Positions 42,682 through 51,987 of a stretch of DNA of 64,000 bases are shown piece by piece. The first letter of the stretch is position 1. Every line of letters starts with the position of its first letter. The notes under the pieces were generated by a model. The model worked only from the letters and a program-made list of their open reading frames with translations, searched no databases and was not told the DNA's origin. Source of the stretch: Acidobacteriota bacterium. GTDB taxonomy: Bacteria > Acidobacteriota > UBA890 > WLXD01. The translations under genes and the position numbers were made by a program. Location: assembly GCA_963666055.2 (NCBI GenBank), contig CAXWPH010000006.1, forward strand, positions 373,827 to 437,826, read 5' to 3'.

Positions 42682-43523
42682 ATAGCTTCATTGACGAACG
42701 TACCGCCTGGGATCTGGTCCGGGCGATCTCCCCGGGGACGGTGCGCCCCGGAGCGCCCCTACGCGTTTCGCCGGAGACGAGGACCGACGTCTGGCTCGAG
42801 GTCGACGCCGCCGGTGGGTGGCAGGCTTCCACAACACCGACCGACGAGGCTCGAGACATTTTCGAGCTGTATCTGCCGCTTCAACTCCGCCACCGCCTGG
42901 TGATCGCGCAGATGGGGCAGAGCCTCGACGGCCGCATCGCCACGGTCGCCGGACATTCCCAGTTCATCACCGGGCCGGCCGACATTTGCCGACTCCACCG
43001 CCTCCGAGCCCTGGTCGATGCGGTCATCGTCGGAGCGAACACGGTGGCTTCGGACAACCCACAGCTCACCGTCCGGAAGGCCGAGGGTGAGGACCCGGTC
43101 CGCGTTGTCCTCGATCCGAATGACCGCCTGGACCCGGCTAGCAAGGTATTCACTGATGGCGCTGCCCCCACCATCGTGTTGCGTCAAGCGACCAACGGCC
43201 GCGAGCCGCGCTCATCGTCGAGCGAGGTCATCGAGCTACCGGTGGTCGGTCCGCAAGGCTTCGACCCGCGTTCCGTGCTGTCATCGCTGCGAGAACGCGG
43301 CCTCAATCGCGTGCTCATCGAGGGAGGAGGTATCACCGTTTCGCGGTTCCTGCAGGCCGGCGTCTTGGATCGCCTGCACGTGACCGTGGCGCCGGTGCTG
43401 TTGGGCTCGGGGTGCCGTGGCTTCATGCTGGATCCGATCGAGACGCTCGATCAGGCGCTGCGTCCTCGGGCGCGACGTTTCGGTCTCGGTGACGACGTGG
43501 TCTTCGACCTGGACATGAGCTGA
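42678..43523 (+). CDS. RibD C-terminal (reductase) domain protein
   Basis: QSLDGRIA, HRLRALVDAVIVGANTV..DNPQLTVR, LIEGGG; no deaminase domain; GTGA overlap with the FkbM gene. Confidence 0.88.
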   Translation: MNSFIDERTAWDLVRAISPGTVRPGAPLRVSPETRTDVWLEVDAAGGWQASTTPTDEARDIFELYLPLQLRHRLVIAQMGQSLDGRIATVAGHSQFITGPADICRLHRLRALVDAVIVGANTVASDNPQLTVRKAEGEDPVRVVLDPNDRLDPASKVFTDGAAPTIVLRQATNGREPRSSSSEVIELPVVGPQGFDPRSVLSSLRERGLNRVLIEGGGITVSRFLQAGVLDRLHVTVAPVLLGSGCRGFMLDPIETLDQALRPRARRFGLGDDVVFDLDMS

Positions 43524-44451
43524 TTCGCGTTTTCGGAGCGACGATCAGAATCACCGCCCCAGGCAGGCTGGAAGCAAGTACCAGTAGGCCATAGGCGACC
43601 GAGATCGCGACGCCGTCGGCTGCCGGCAGACCCGCTGCTGCCCAGAGGAGGGCGGCGCCCGTCTCGCGCACACCCCAGCCGGCGATCGTGGCGGGAATCA
43701 GCATGGTCGCCAGCACTGGGGCGACGAGCGGCAGCAGGGTGTGCGCCGGGGTGTCGACGCCCACCGCCCTGGCGGCAACGAGATACACCGCCATGTACGA
43801 CATGACGACGAGACTGGAGCTGAGCATTTGCGCCGGTAGAGCACCCAGCGATAACAACCCGGCTCGGGCGTCGGCCCAGGTGCGTCTGACCAGGGAATCA
43901 TCAGCCTGGCGTTGCCAACGAGCCCAGACGAGCAGCCCAGCTCCGACGGCGGCAGACAGCAGCACCACGCCCAGCAACGCGGCGCGCGCAGCGGCGCCGA
44001 AGGACTGGGGCAGCCACACCACCGAGAACCCCGCGATTGCCAGCATCACGATCTGCCCTGAGGCTCGCTCCAGCACCACCGCGCGGAACGCCTGCCCGTC
44101 GAGACCGCGCGCCATTGCCCGACCATGTCGCCAGGCGCGGCTGAGATCGCCGGCCACTCCACCCGGCAGCACCTGATTCAGGAAGGTACCGATAGCGTAC
44201 TCACGTAGGGCGTCAACAAACGGCAAATGCAGCCCGAGCCGGCTGGCGGTGAATCGCCACCGCCACGCCGAGAGAGCTATCTGCAACAACGAGATCGCCA
44301 GCGCCAGTACCACCCATCGCGCTTCCATACTGCGCAGGCGCGCGACGACGGGTTCGAGATCGAGATACGTGGCAAGGACGGCGAACAACCCGATGCTCAC
44401 ACCGAGTCGCGCCAGCGGCAGCCTGCCACCGGTGGGCGTGGTCGTGGTCAT
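43423..44451 (-). CDS. Lysylphosphatidylglycerol synthase TM-domain (flippase-like) protein
   Basis: AWRW, FLNQVLPGGVAGD, AVVLER, IAGWGVRE; multiple TM helices. Confidence 0.85.
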   Translation of the reverse strand: MTTTTPTGGRLPLARLGVSIGLFAVLATYLDLEPVVARLRSMEARWVVLALAISLLQIALSAWRWRFTASRLGLHLPFVDALREYAIGTFLNQVLPGGVAGDLSRAWRHGRAMARGLDGQAFRAVVLERASGQIVMLAIAGFSVVWLPQSFGAAARAALLGVVLLSAAVGAGLLVWARWQRQADDSLVRRTWADARAGLLSLGALPAQMLSSSLVVMSYMAVYLVAARAVGVDTPAHTLLPLVAPVLATMLIPATIAGWGVRETGAALLWAAAGLPAADGVAISVAYGLLVLASSLPGAVILIVAPKTRISSCPGRRPRRHRDRNVAPEDAAPDRASRSDPA

Positions 44452-46394
44452 GCCCACCCGGCGGTGTCGACAGCAGGTAGTGCCAGCATGTCCGCATGGC
44501 CCACGGTGACCTCGAATGCGCCGCGCTCTATCGCCCCCCGGCAGCGCTCCGCCCAGCCGTCGATGCGGCCGGCACATGCGGGCCGTTCCTCGCTGGCGGC
44601 CTGGCGCCATCCGTCGACCAGGCGGCGAGCGAGATCGTCGTCACCAACCCGGAGTCGCCAGGGGCTCGGCAGCAGCCAGGTACGATACCCGGCCCGCCCA
44701 AAGAGCTCCGCCGCCATGCGGCCGGCGTCGGGTCCGAGTGCAGGGCCCAGGCCCTTGTCGCCAAGCTGATGGGAGTTCACCGCGGCACGCACCAAGTCCT
44801 CGTCGGGGTCGCGCTCGTCGCCGGTGGCCCGGTCTGCGGCCAAGAAGCGGAACTCGCCGTTGTAGCTCAAGGCGAAGTAGGCCGCCGCCGCCGCACTTCG
44901 GCAAGCATCCACCAGTCGCCGTAGCCATTGCTCGGACACCAGGTCCAGCAGGGCTGAACCGGTAACCAGATGGGCCGCCTCAGCGGCCAGCAAGCCATGC
45001 TCGGCAAGGTCGCCGCGGACACGCGTCACCTGCGCGTCGGGGTCGAGGCAGACGGCTCGGGCGAGCAAGCCGGGATCGTGATCGACCAGCGTCCACTCTT
45101 GAGGCAACGCCAGCCTTGGAGACAGGTACCGCAGGTTGGAGCCCGTACCACTTCCCAGGTCGGCGATACGCGACCATCGTTGCTGCTGCCAGGTGGCTTG
45201 CAGCCGGGTCGTCAACTCGTGGGCTCGCGACCGATGATCAACCGGTTCGCGCAATGCCAACCAGTCAGAGGTGAAGCGGGCCGCGCGGTCGCCCGGCGGC
45301 AGGTGCGATGAGACGGTCGACTCTTCTGGGGTCAACTCGAGGAGCGCTTCGGCGAATGCGCCTCCTGCCTGATCCCAGCCCGGCAAGCGCGCCGCGGCCC
45401 GGCGAGCTCCGGCGGCCAGATCGGCGCGGCGTGCTGTGCCTTCGGAGCCGGCCAGCAGACCCGCCAGGGCGCCGGCCAGTGCCCTTGCGTCGCCCGGGCA
45501 AACCAGCACCGCCGCTTCGCCGGGAACCGCTTCCGGAATAGCGCCACCGGTGGTGCTGACCACCGGCAGTCCGCGCGCCACGGCCTCTCTCAAGACCATG
45601 CCGAAGCCCTCGTAGTGCGAGGCCAAGACGAACAGCGAGCTGGAGTCGTAGTAGGCATCCAACGCGTCTTCGTCGCATTCCCCCACGAGCTCGATCCTCC
45701 TGTCGAGCCCTAATTCGGCAACCTGATCGACCACCGCCGCTGCGTGGTCGGGGTCGCGACTCAGGCTGCCCACGCAGACGCAGCTCCAGGGCAGGTGCTG
45801 CAATCGGGAAAGTGCATCCACCAGAATGTCGTACCCCTTGCGGGGGATCACCGAGCCAACGCTCAGCAAACGCGGCGCCTGGTCGTCTCCCGGCCCCGCC
45901 GCCACTCGCGCGGGCTCGGTCCCGGGAAGCACCGCCCGTACTTTCTCGGCCGCGACTCCCAGCGCTCGCAGCCGCAGCGCGGTGAACTCGCTGGTCACCA
46001 CGATCCCGTCGCAAGCATCCAACGCGGCCCGCTCCAGCGCCGCGAACCGTTCCTGCTGCTTGGCCGACAAGCCAGTCTCGTCGGCAATCGGATGATGCAC
46101 CAGGGCCAGGATCCGCAGCCGATCGCGGTGGGCGCGGACGACGTCGGGAAGGGCCCCCATGGCCAACCCATCGATCATCACACGAGCACCCCCCGGTGCC
46201 TCCGAAAGCGCCCTCCCCAGGCTCTCTCGTGCGGCGGCGTCAGCGTCCGGAAAGCGACCGGCGAGGTTGTGGACAACGACCCGCCATCCCAGCTGCCGAA
46301 GCCAGCCTGTCATCCGGGCGTCGTAGATCGTGCCGCCGGTGCGTCGGGACAGGGATCCAGGAACCACAAGATGCAGCTCCAAGCAGTCAGACAT
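44448..46394 (-). CDS. GT4 glycosyltransferase fused to class I SAM-dependent methyltransferase-like domain
   Basis: [20 protein letters not shown] (GT4), then [28 protein letters not shown]. Confidence 0.85.
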   Translation of the reverse strand: MSDCLELHLVVPGSLSRRTGGTIYDARMTGWLRQLGWRVVVHNLAGRFPDADAAARESLGRALSEAPGGARVMIDGLAMGALPDVVRAHRDRLRILALVHHPIADETGLSAKQQERFAALERAALDACDGIVVTSEFTALRLRALGVAAEKVRAVLPGTEPARVAAGPGDDQAPRLLSVGSVIPRKGYDILVDALSRLQHLPWSCVCVGSLSRDPDHAAAVVDQVAELGLDRRIELVGECDEDALDAYYDSSSLFVLASHYEGFGMVLREAVARGLPVVSTTGGAIPEAVPGEAAVLVCPGDARALAGALAGLLAGSEGTARRADLAAGARRAAARLPGWDQAGGAFAEALLELTPEESTVSSHLPPGDRAARFTSDWLALREPVDHRSRAHELTTRLQATWQQQRWSRIADLGSGTGSNLRYLSPRLALPQEWTLVDHDPGLLARAVCLDPDAQVTRVRGDLAEHGLLAAEAAHLVTGSALLDLVSEQWLRRLVDACRSAAAAAYFALSYNGEFRFLAADRATGDERDPDEDLVRAAVNSHQLGDKGLGPALGPDAGRMAAELFGRAGYRTWLLPSPWRLRVGDDDLARRLVDGWRQAASEERPACAGRIDGWAERCRGAIERGAFEVTVGHADMLALPAVDTAGWA

Positions 46395-46785
46395 CGCCCT
46401 CATAGCTGGCCCAGGCAACATGAGATTCGCTGAGCGTCACGCATAGCCGTGTGACGCGGCGCGCCGCCTCTCCCAGCTTGCCTTCGCGCAACGCCGTCAC
46501 CAGGCGGTCGAAGATCTCCCGCGCCAGGAACTCGGTGGTGGTGTTCATTCCATCGAACGCCGGCGCATCGTCCAGGTTCGTGTAGTTCAGCTCGCTCAAG
46601 ATCAGCTGGAGCTGCTGCGCGGCCAGACCGATGTCGACGACGAGACCATCCGAATCGAGCTCGGGACGTCGGAACGTCGCATCCACCACGTAGGTCGCCC
46701 CGTGGAGTGCCTGCGCCGGGCCAAATACTTCGCCTCTGAAACTGTGCGCGATCATGAAGTGGTCTCGAACGTTGAGGCTGTACAA
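46387..46785 (-). CDS. 6-pyruvoyl-tetrahydropterin synthase (COG0720) family, PTPS-IV-like
   Basis: FMIAHSF...[25 protein letters not shown]; lacks the QueD CxxxHGH motif. Confidence 0.88.
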   Translation of the reverse strand: MYSLNVRDHFMIAHSFRGEVFGPAQALHGATYVVDATFRRPELDSDGLVVDIGLAAQQLQLILSELNYTNLDDAPAFDGMNTTTEFLAREIFDRLVTALREGKLGEAARRVTRLCVTLSESHVAWASYEGDV

Positions 46786-46857
46786 GTTCGTGTCTCCCGC
46801 CGTCGGATTCGATCCGCTGCGGCTATGCCAGAGCGAGACCCACCAGGGTCAGCGCAT

Positions 46858-47844
46858 TCAAGACGTCGGATAGCGGATACGGTGGCACAACGTGTCCCCC
46901 GGATTCGCACTGAGTTGCTCGAGTACCTCGGGCAGATCCTCGAAGTCGCTCTCTCCAGTAATCAGCACGTCGAGCTTCGCGTCCCCGAGCAGCCGGAGAG
47001 CGAGCTCCATTCGGCGGCGGTAGCTCCAACGCGGCGTGCGCTCGGGCGGCAGGCAACCCACCTGGCTGCTCTTGATGGTCAGCCGGCGCGAGTGGAACGC
47101 TTCGCCGAGCGGCAACGCGACGTCCAGGTTGCCGTACCAGCTCACGTCGACGATCTTCCCCTCCACTCCGGCCGCTGCCAACGCGCTGCGGAGCCCCGCG
47201 GGGCGGCCGCTGGCGTGGACAACGAGATCGGCGTCCGCGGCGGCGGGCGGTTCACCGAGAAACGCTACGCCGAGCTCCCGGACGACGGTCTCGCGCTTGG
47301 GGTTGATATCGATCACCGTCACCTCGGTGCCGGGCACCTGCCGGCACAGCCAGGCCGTCAACAAGCCCAGAACGCCGGCGCCAACGACAACCACCCGGTC
47401 TCCGACCCCGGGGAGTGCATCCCACATTGCGTTGACCGCCGTTTCCATGTTCGCCGCCAACACGGCGCGCTCGACGGGGACGTCGTCCGGCAAAGGCGTC
47501 ACGCTGCCAGCGGGAACCCGGTAGAGATCCTGGTGTGGATGCAGGGCAAAGACGTTCCGGCCCAGGAGCGACTCCCGACCCTCGACGACCTCTCCGACGC
47601 TGATATAGCCGTACTTGACGGGAGCGGGGAATTCGCCCTCCTGGAAGGGGGCTCGCATCGCCTCATACTGCGACGGTGGAACTTCACCGCGGAACACGAG
47701 AGTCTCCGTTCCCCGGCTGATCGCCGAGTAGCGGGTACGTACGAGTATCTGCCCGTCGCCCGCGGATGGCAGGAGCACCTGCCTGATCCCTCCCTTTCCG
47801 GGAGCCTCGATCCAAAACTGGCGAGCGGTGTGGGTTCCTGACAT
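46858..47844 (-). CDS. Zinc-binding/MDR-family dehydrogenase
   Basis: SAISRGTE, PVKYGY, ETAVNA, VGAGVLG, SWYG. Confidence 0.88.
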   Translation of the reverse strand: MSGTHTARQFWIEAPGKGGIRQVLLPSAGDGQILVRTRYSAISRGTETLVFRGEVPPSQYEAMRAPFQEGEFPAPVKYGYISVGEVVEGRESLLGRNVFALHPHQDLYRVPAGSVTPLPDDVPVERAVLAANMETAVNAMWDALPGVGDRVVVVGAGVLGLLTAWLCRQVPGTEVTVIDINPKRETVVRELGVAFLGEPPAAADADLVVHASGRPAGLRSALAAAGVEGKIVDVSWYGNLDVALPLGEAFHSRRLTIKSSQVGCLPPERTPRWSYRRRMELALRLLGDAKLDVLITGESDFEDLPEVLEQLSANPGDTLCHRIRYPTS

Positions 47845-47868
47845 CGTTCTCGCGCTTTCGAAACAGGT

Positions 47869-48633
47869 TTGAAGCTTCTGACTACCGCCAAGGATCCGGT
47901 GAGCGCAACCGTGCCGTCAACGACCCCCGCGCGCCGCGCACGCAACGATCTCGCCCTCGGGCTGCTACCGATGCTCGCGGTGGCAGTCGGCTTACGGGCC
48001 ATTCTCGGCCTTTCGCCCGACTACGTGCTGGTTGCGCTGACACTCTACGCGCTCGAATGCGCGCTGGTGTTGCGGGCGGTTCCTGCCGACCTTCCCGTGC
48101 CTGGCGCCGGCGTTGCGAATCGCGTAACGCTGGGACGATCTGCACTGGTGATGCCGTTGGCCGCGCTGGCGCTTTACCCGGCAGCATCGAGCAATCGCGC
48201 CCAATGGTGGATCATCTTGGTGGTTGCGGCAGCCTTGTCGCTGGACGGCATCGACGGATGGCTGGCCCGCCGCACTGGAACCTGCACAGACTTCGGCGGT
48301 CGCTTCGACATGGAGCTCGACGCCTTCCTCGTGCTGGCGTTGTCAGTGCTCGTTTGGACGAGCAACAAGGTCGGCCCGTGGGTGCTGCTCATCGGCGCCC
48401 TCCGGTATCTCTTCGTGGCGGCGGGCTGGATCTGGCCAACGCTGCGGGGCGAGCTGCCGCCCAGCCGGCGCCGTAAGTGGATCTGCGTGGTTCAGGGCAT
48501 CACGTTGCTTGTCTGTCTGGCGCCGGTCGTTCCCGCGGCCCCGGCATCGGCTTTGGGCGCCGGCGCGCTGCTGCTGTTGATCTACTCATTCGCCGTGGAT
48601 GTGCGGCAGTTGATGCTCGCCCCACCGCGCTAA
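47869..48633 (+). CDS. CDP-alcohol phosphatidyltransferase family protein
   Basis: ANRVTLGR; DGIDGWLARR...FGGRFDMELD signature; start codon uncertain. Confidence 0.9.
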   Translation: MKLLTTAKDPVSATVPSTTPARRARNDLALGLLPMLAVAVGLRAILGLSPDYVLVALTLYALECALVLRAVPADLPVPGAGVANRVTLGRSALVMPLAALALYPAASSNRAQWWIILVVAAALSLDGIDGWLARRTGTCTDFGGRFDMELDAFLVLALSVLVWTSNKVGPWVLLIGALRYLFVAAGWIWPTLRGELPPSRRRKWICVVQGITLLVCLAPVVPAAPASALGAGALLLLIYSFAVDVRQLMLAPPR

Positions 48634-48682
48634 GGTCTGCAGGACATCTGCCACGACCTCATAACCGAGAGAAAGAGAGAGC

Positions 48683-49507
48683 ATGAACAACTTGTCGGGC
48701 AAAGTTGCGTTGGTTTCGGGAAGCGGTCGCGGTATCGGGGAATCGATCGCTTGCAAGCTCGCCAGCGAAGGGGCGCGCGTGGTGGTGAATGATCTCGACG
48801 AAGCGCCCGCTCTAGAGACTGTGGCGCGCATCCGCGAGGCCGGCGGTGAAGCAACCGCATGCGTCGGAAACGTCACCGATGTGGATTTCGGCAGCCGTTT
48901 CGTGGCCGCTGCGATCGATACCTACGACGGGCTCGACATCATCGTCAACAACGCCGGCTACACCTGGGACGGCGTTATCCAGAAAATGTCCAACGAGCAG
49001 TGGCAAGCGATCATGGACGTCCACCTGACCGCGCCCTTCCGCATTCTGCGCGCCGCAGCGGAGTTCATCCGTCCGGCTGCCAAGGCGGAGGCGGCCGCCG
49101 GTGAGGAAGTGTTCCGCAAGGTGGTCAACATCTCGTCGATTGCCGGCACGGGCGGCGGCGCCGGACAGGCCAATTACTCGACAGCCAAGGCGGGTATCCT
49201 CGGCCTGACGCGGGCGATGGCCAAGGAATGGGGTCGCTACAAGGTCAATGTCAACGCCGTCGCCTTCGGGCTGATCTCCACACGCCTGACCAGGCCTTGG
49301 GGTGACGAGGACGCTCAGATCGAGATCGAGGGACGGACCATCAAGGCGGGGGCGAACCGGCAGCTGCTCGAGGCGGCACCCCAACTCATCCCGCTAGGGC
49401 GCCCCGGTACCCCCGAGGAGGCAGCCGGCGCCGTATACCTGCTGTGCACGCCGGAATCCAACTACATCAGCGGCCAGCTGGTGATCTGTGGTGGAGGACT
49501 CGTCTAG
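48683..49507 (+). CDS. SDR family oxidoreductase (3-oxoacyl-ACP reductase-like)
   Basis: SGSGRGIG, NNAG, NYSTAK. Confidence 0.92.
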   Translation: MNNLSGKVALVSGSGRGIGESIACKLASEGARVVVNDLDEAPALETVARIREAGGEATACVGNVTDVDFGSRFVAAAIDTYDGLDIIVNNAGYTWDGVIQKMSNEQWQAIMDVHLTAPFRILRAAAEFIRPAAKAEAAAGEEVFRKVVNISSIAGTGGGAGQANYSTAKAGILGLTRAMAKEWGRYKVNVNAVAFGLISTRLTRPWGDEDAQIEIEGRTIKAGANRQLLEAAPQLIPLGRPGTPEEAAGAVYLLCTPESNYISGQLVICGGGLV

Positions 49508-49526
49508 CAGGCCGAGGGCGCCTGGA

Positions 49527-50954
49527 TCACTCGGGCTCGATCGCCTCGGCTGCCGCCCTCCGCCGGTCGACGATCTCGTCGTACTCCTCCTGCTGCAAGT
49601 ACGTCACATCGACCCAGGCGTGCGCCATTTCGTCGACCGTACGGTCGCCCCACCCGACCCATTGCTCGGGATCCGGGTTGGTCGGGTTGTCAGCCGTGTT
49701 GTCGTGCCACGCCGTAATGACGATGGTGGTGCCGGCAGGCAACAGCGGAGCGACCTCGTCGGCGTAGATGTAGTTGATGTGCCAGTTCCAATTGAAGTTG
49801 TCGACCAAGCTGAGGATCTCTTCGCGGCCATCTGGGTAAATCGCCGACATCTGCATTGCCTTGCCGCGCATGTGCATGTGCGGCTGGAAGTTCTCCAGAC
49901 GCGCCGGCCACTGCATAACGTGGTGCTGCTGAGTGACCGCGATCTTGCCCGGGGGGATGTCGATGCCGGTGCGGCCTCGCGCATCGAGAAAATTGAGCCT
50001 GGTGCGGTTCCTGGGCTCGTTGCCCTTGTCGTGGAACCAGACGCCGAGCTCGACCTGTACGTCCTCGACCAGCTTGCCGATGGCGTGCATGTGCAGCTCC
50101 CAGCGGATCTGGGAGTCCGGCAGCATCATCTTGCCGGCCCCTTCGGGGAAGATCTCGCCGGCCTTTCCGACCGCCCACTCCATGAACAGGCCCGGCCCAC
50201 CCATGGCACCCCGGGTGCTGGTGACCACGGCTCCGGCGCTCATCTCGCCCTCCTCCTCCTCTTGCTCGAGGAAGGCGAGCACGTGGTGAATGATCGTGCG
50301 CGCGTCCTTGCCGACCGGGCGGATCTCGATCGCCTTGACCCAGCGCGCTTCGGTCAGGCCGGTGGGAGTCAGGGGGCGAAACCACTTGTCCTGGGTCACG
50401 GCCTCGAGCGTGTACGACTCCGACGGAATGATGAGATCGGGCTCGCCGAAGTCATCCACCAGCCGCCAGGCACCCGGATCAGGAAACTCGGCCGGCGGAG
50501 GCATGTCGGCCGCGGCGCCGAACGGGGCGCCGGCGTCGACCCAGGCACCGATCGTCTCGATCTCATCGGCGGTGAGACCGCGATCGTTCTTGAACTTCTT
50601 GATACCGACGGAACGGTTGATATGCCAGGGCGGCATCTGCCGTCTTTCGACCCTGTCCTTGATCATTGCCGCGTAGGTTCGCACCTCGTCGTAGGTCATC
50701 AGCGACATCGGCGCGATGGAATCCGGCTGATGGCACACCCGGCACTTCCGCTGCAGGATCGGCGCCACGTGCTTGGCGAAGGTGATCGCGTCCGGGCCCT
50801 CTTCCACCATCACCGCGGCGTCGGCAACCATCTGAGCGCTCGACCGCTCTTGGGATACCGCCTGCCCTTGAGGGATCAGCAACCCGGCGAACGCCAGCAC
50901 CCCCATCACACCGATAGCGATTCCGCGACGACCGAACATGGTTGTCTTCATCAC
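49527..50954 (-). CDS. Secreted c-type heme + copper type II (PHM/DBH-like) monooxygenase domain protein
   Basis: Signal peptide; CRVCH + MPPW; IIHH, ELHMH, PHMH, DEM; FNWNW. Confidence 0.82.
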   Translation of the reverse strand: MMKTTMFGRRGIAIGVMGVLAFAGLLIPQGQAVSQERSSAQMVADAAVMVEEGPDAITFAKHVAPILQRKCRVCHQPDSIAPMSLMTYDEVRTYAAMIKDRVERRQMPPWHINRSVGIKKFKNDRGLTADEIETIGAWVDAGAPFGAAADMPPPAEFPDPGAWRLVDDFGEPDLIIPSESYTLEAVTQDKWFRPLTPTGLTEARWVKAIEIRPVGKDARTIIHHVLAFLEQEEEEGEMSAGAVVTSTRGAMGGPGLFMEWAVGKAGEIFPEGAGKMMLPDSQIRWELHMHAIGKLVEDVQVELGVWFHDKGNEPRNRTRLNFLDARGRTGIDIPPGKIAVTQQHHVMQWPARLENFQPHMHMRGKAMQMSAIYPDGREEILSLVDNFNWNWHINYIYADEVAPLLPAGTTIVITAWHDNTADNPTNPDPEQWVGWGDRTVDEMAHAWVDVTYLQQEEYDEIVDRRRAAAEAIEPE

Positions 50955-50969
50955 GATCTTCTCCTGAGT

Positions 50970-51842
50970 CTACGGATCTACCGTTACTTTCACGAAACCA
51001 TTGGTCCAGCAACATTGCGCATGCCCGGCGGACGCGAAGGCGGAAGATCCGGGTCTGTATCCAGATGCGTCGTTAGCTCGGACCCGGAGCAAGTACTCTC
51101 CCGGAGCGCTGAAGGTCGCCACCGTAGCCATCTCGGCGCCGCCCACTGGAAGCTCGGCGGTCGGCGGGTCGAAAACCACGTTCCCTGGGCCCTGGTGCTT
51201 GAACCAGGTGAGAGTTATCGGAACGTCAACCACCCCTGCGCTGGCGATTCTCGGGGCCGGCCGGCCATCGTCGCGGGCCCATACCGTGAGCGTCAACGGC
51301 TCGCGAACCGACCCCACCATCGGAGCGCTCGTGACGCCAGCCGGGCCGGCTCCCTCGGCGCGGCCAAACTTGAGCACCGGCGGCGTGTTGCCCGAGCCCG
51401 CCTCGCCGGCCAGCGCGTCAATCTGCCAGTCAGCTCTGAGATGGCCTGGGATGGTGAATGTCTCGCCGCGGATCTTCAGCGTCCAGTAGACCTTCGTGTT
51501 GCCGTGGTCCGCCGGCACCTTGACCGCGAACACGCCCCAGTTTTGGCGCGGCTGAAAGTGCGACGGCTGGCCGCCATCGAACCGGGCCGGCTCGATGAAG
51601 TTGTTCGGGCCGAGGGGGATCTCGAGCTCTTCTTCGGTATTGCGGTTGTAGTAGCCGAAGGAAAGGCTGAACGTGCCGTCCGGGTTCTCGTACCACCCTT
51701 CGAAGGCCGGCGTGACCGTCATCCCGGCGGCGCTTTCAGGAGCGAACGGCAGCTGCGGTGATGGCGTCGCCGACAACGCCGCGGCGCCCCCGGTGACCAA
51801 GCCGGCAGCCACGACGATGGCGACCGATGTCGGTCTGCGCAC
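50970..51842 (-). CDS. Secreted hypothetical protein with Ig/PKD-like C-terminal domain
   Basis: AGGAGG RBS + GTG; signal peptide; PAFEGWYENPDG...FGYYNRN; ATFSAPGEYLLRVRAND; terminal QCCWTN. Confidence 0.75.
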   Translation of the reverse strand: MRRPTSVAIVVAAGLVTGGAAALSATPSPQLPFAPESAAGMTVTPAFEGWYENPDGTFSLSFGYYNRNTEEELEIPLGPNNFIEPARFDGGQPSHFQPRQNWGVFAVKVPADHGNTKVYWTLKIRGETFTIPGHLRADWQIDALAGEAGSGNTPPVLKFGRAEGAGPAGVTSAPMVGSVREPLTLTVWARDDGRPAPRIASAGVVDVPITLTWFKHQGPGNVVFDPPTAELPVGGAEMATVATFSAPGEYLLRVRANDASGYRPGSSAFASAGHAQCCWTNGFVKVTVDP

Positions 51843-51987
51843 AGATGTCCTCCTGAAGAACTGTATTGAGCGCTGGAACCCCTCCGGTGCCCGAAGCTCC
51901 CGCCACACGTTCCTTTCGGAGGGTCATCGGTGCCGCTCTAGAAGTCAATCGAATCGGGCGCCCAACCGTCGAAGATCTCGTGAGCCA

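Noticed and set aside
46387-46785. queD (queuosine biosynthesis)
   Set aside because: Lacks the CxxxHGH motif and has no que genes nearby; motif and context fit PTPS-IV.
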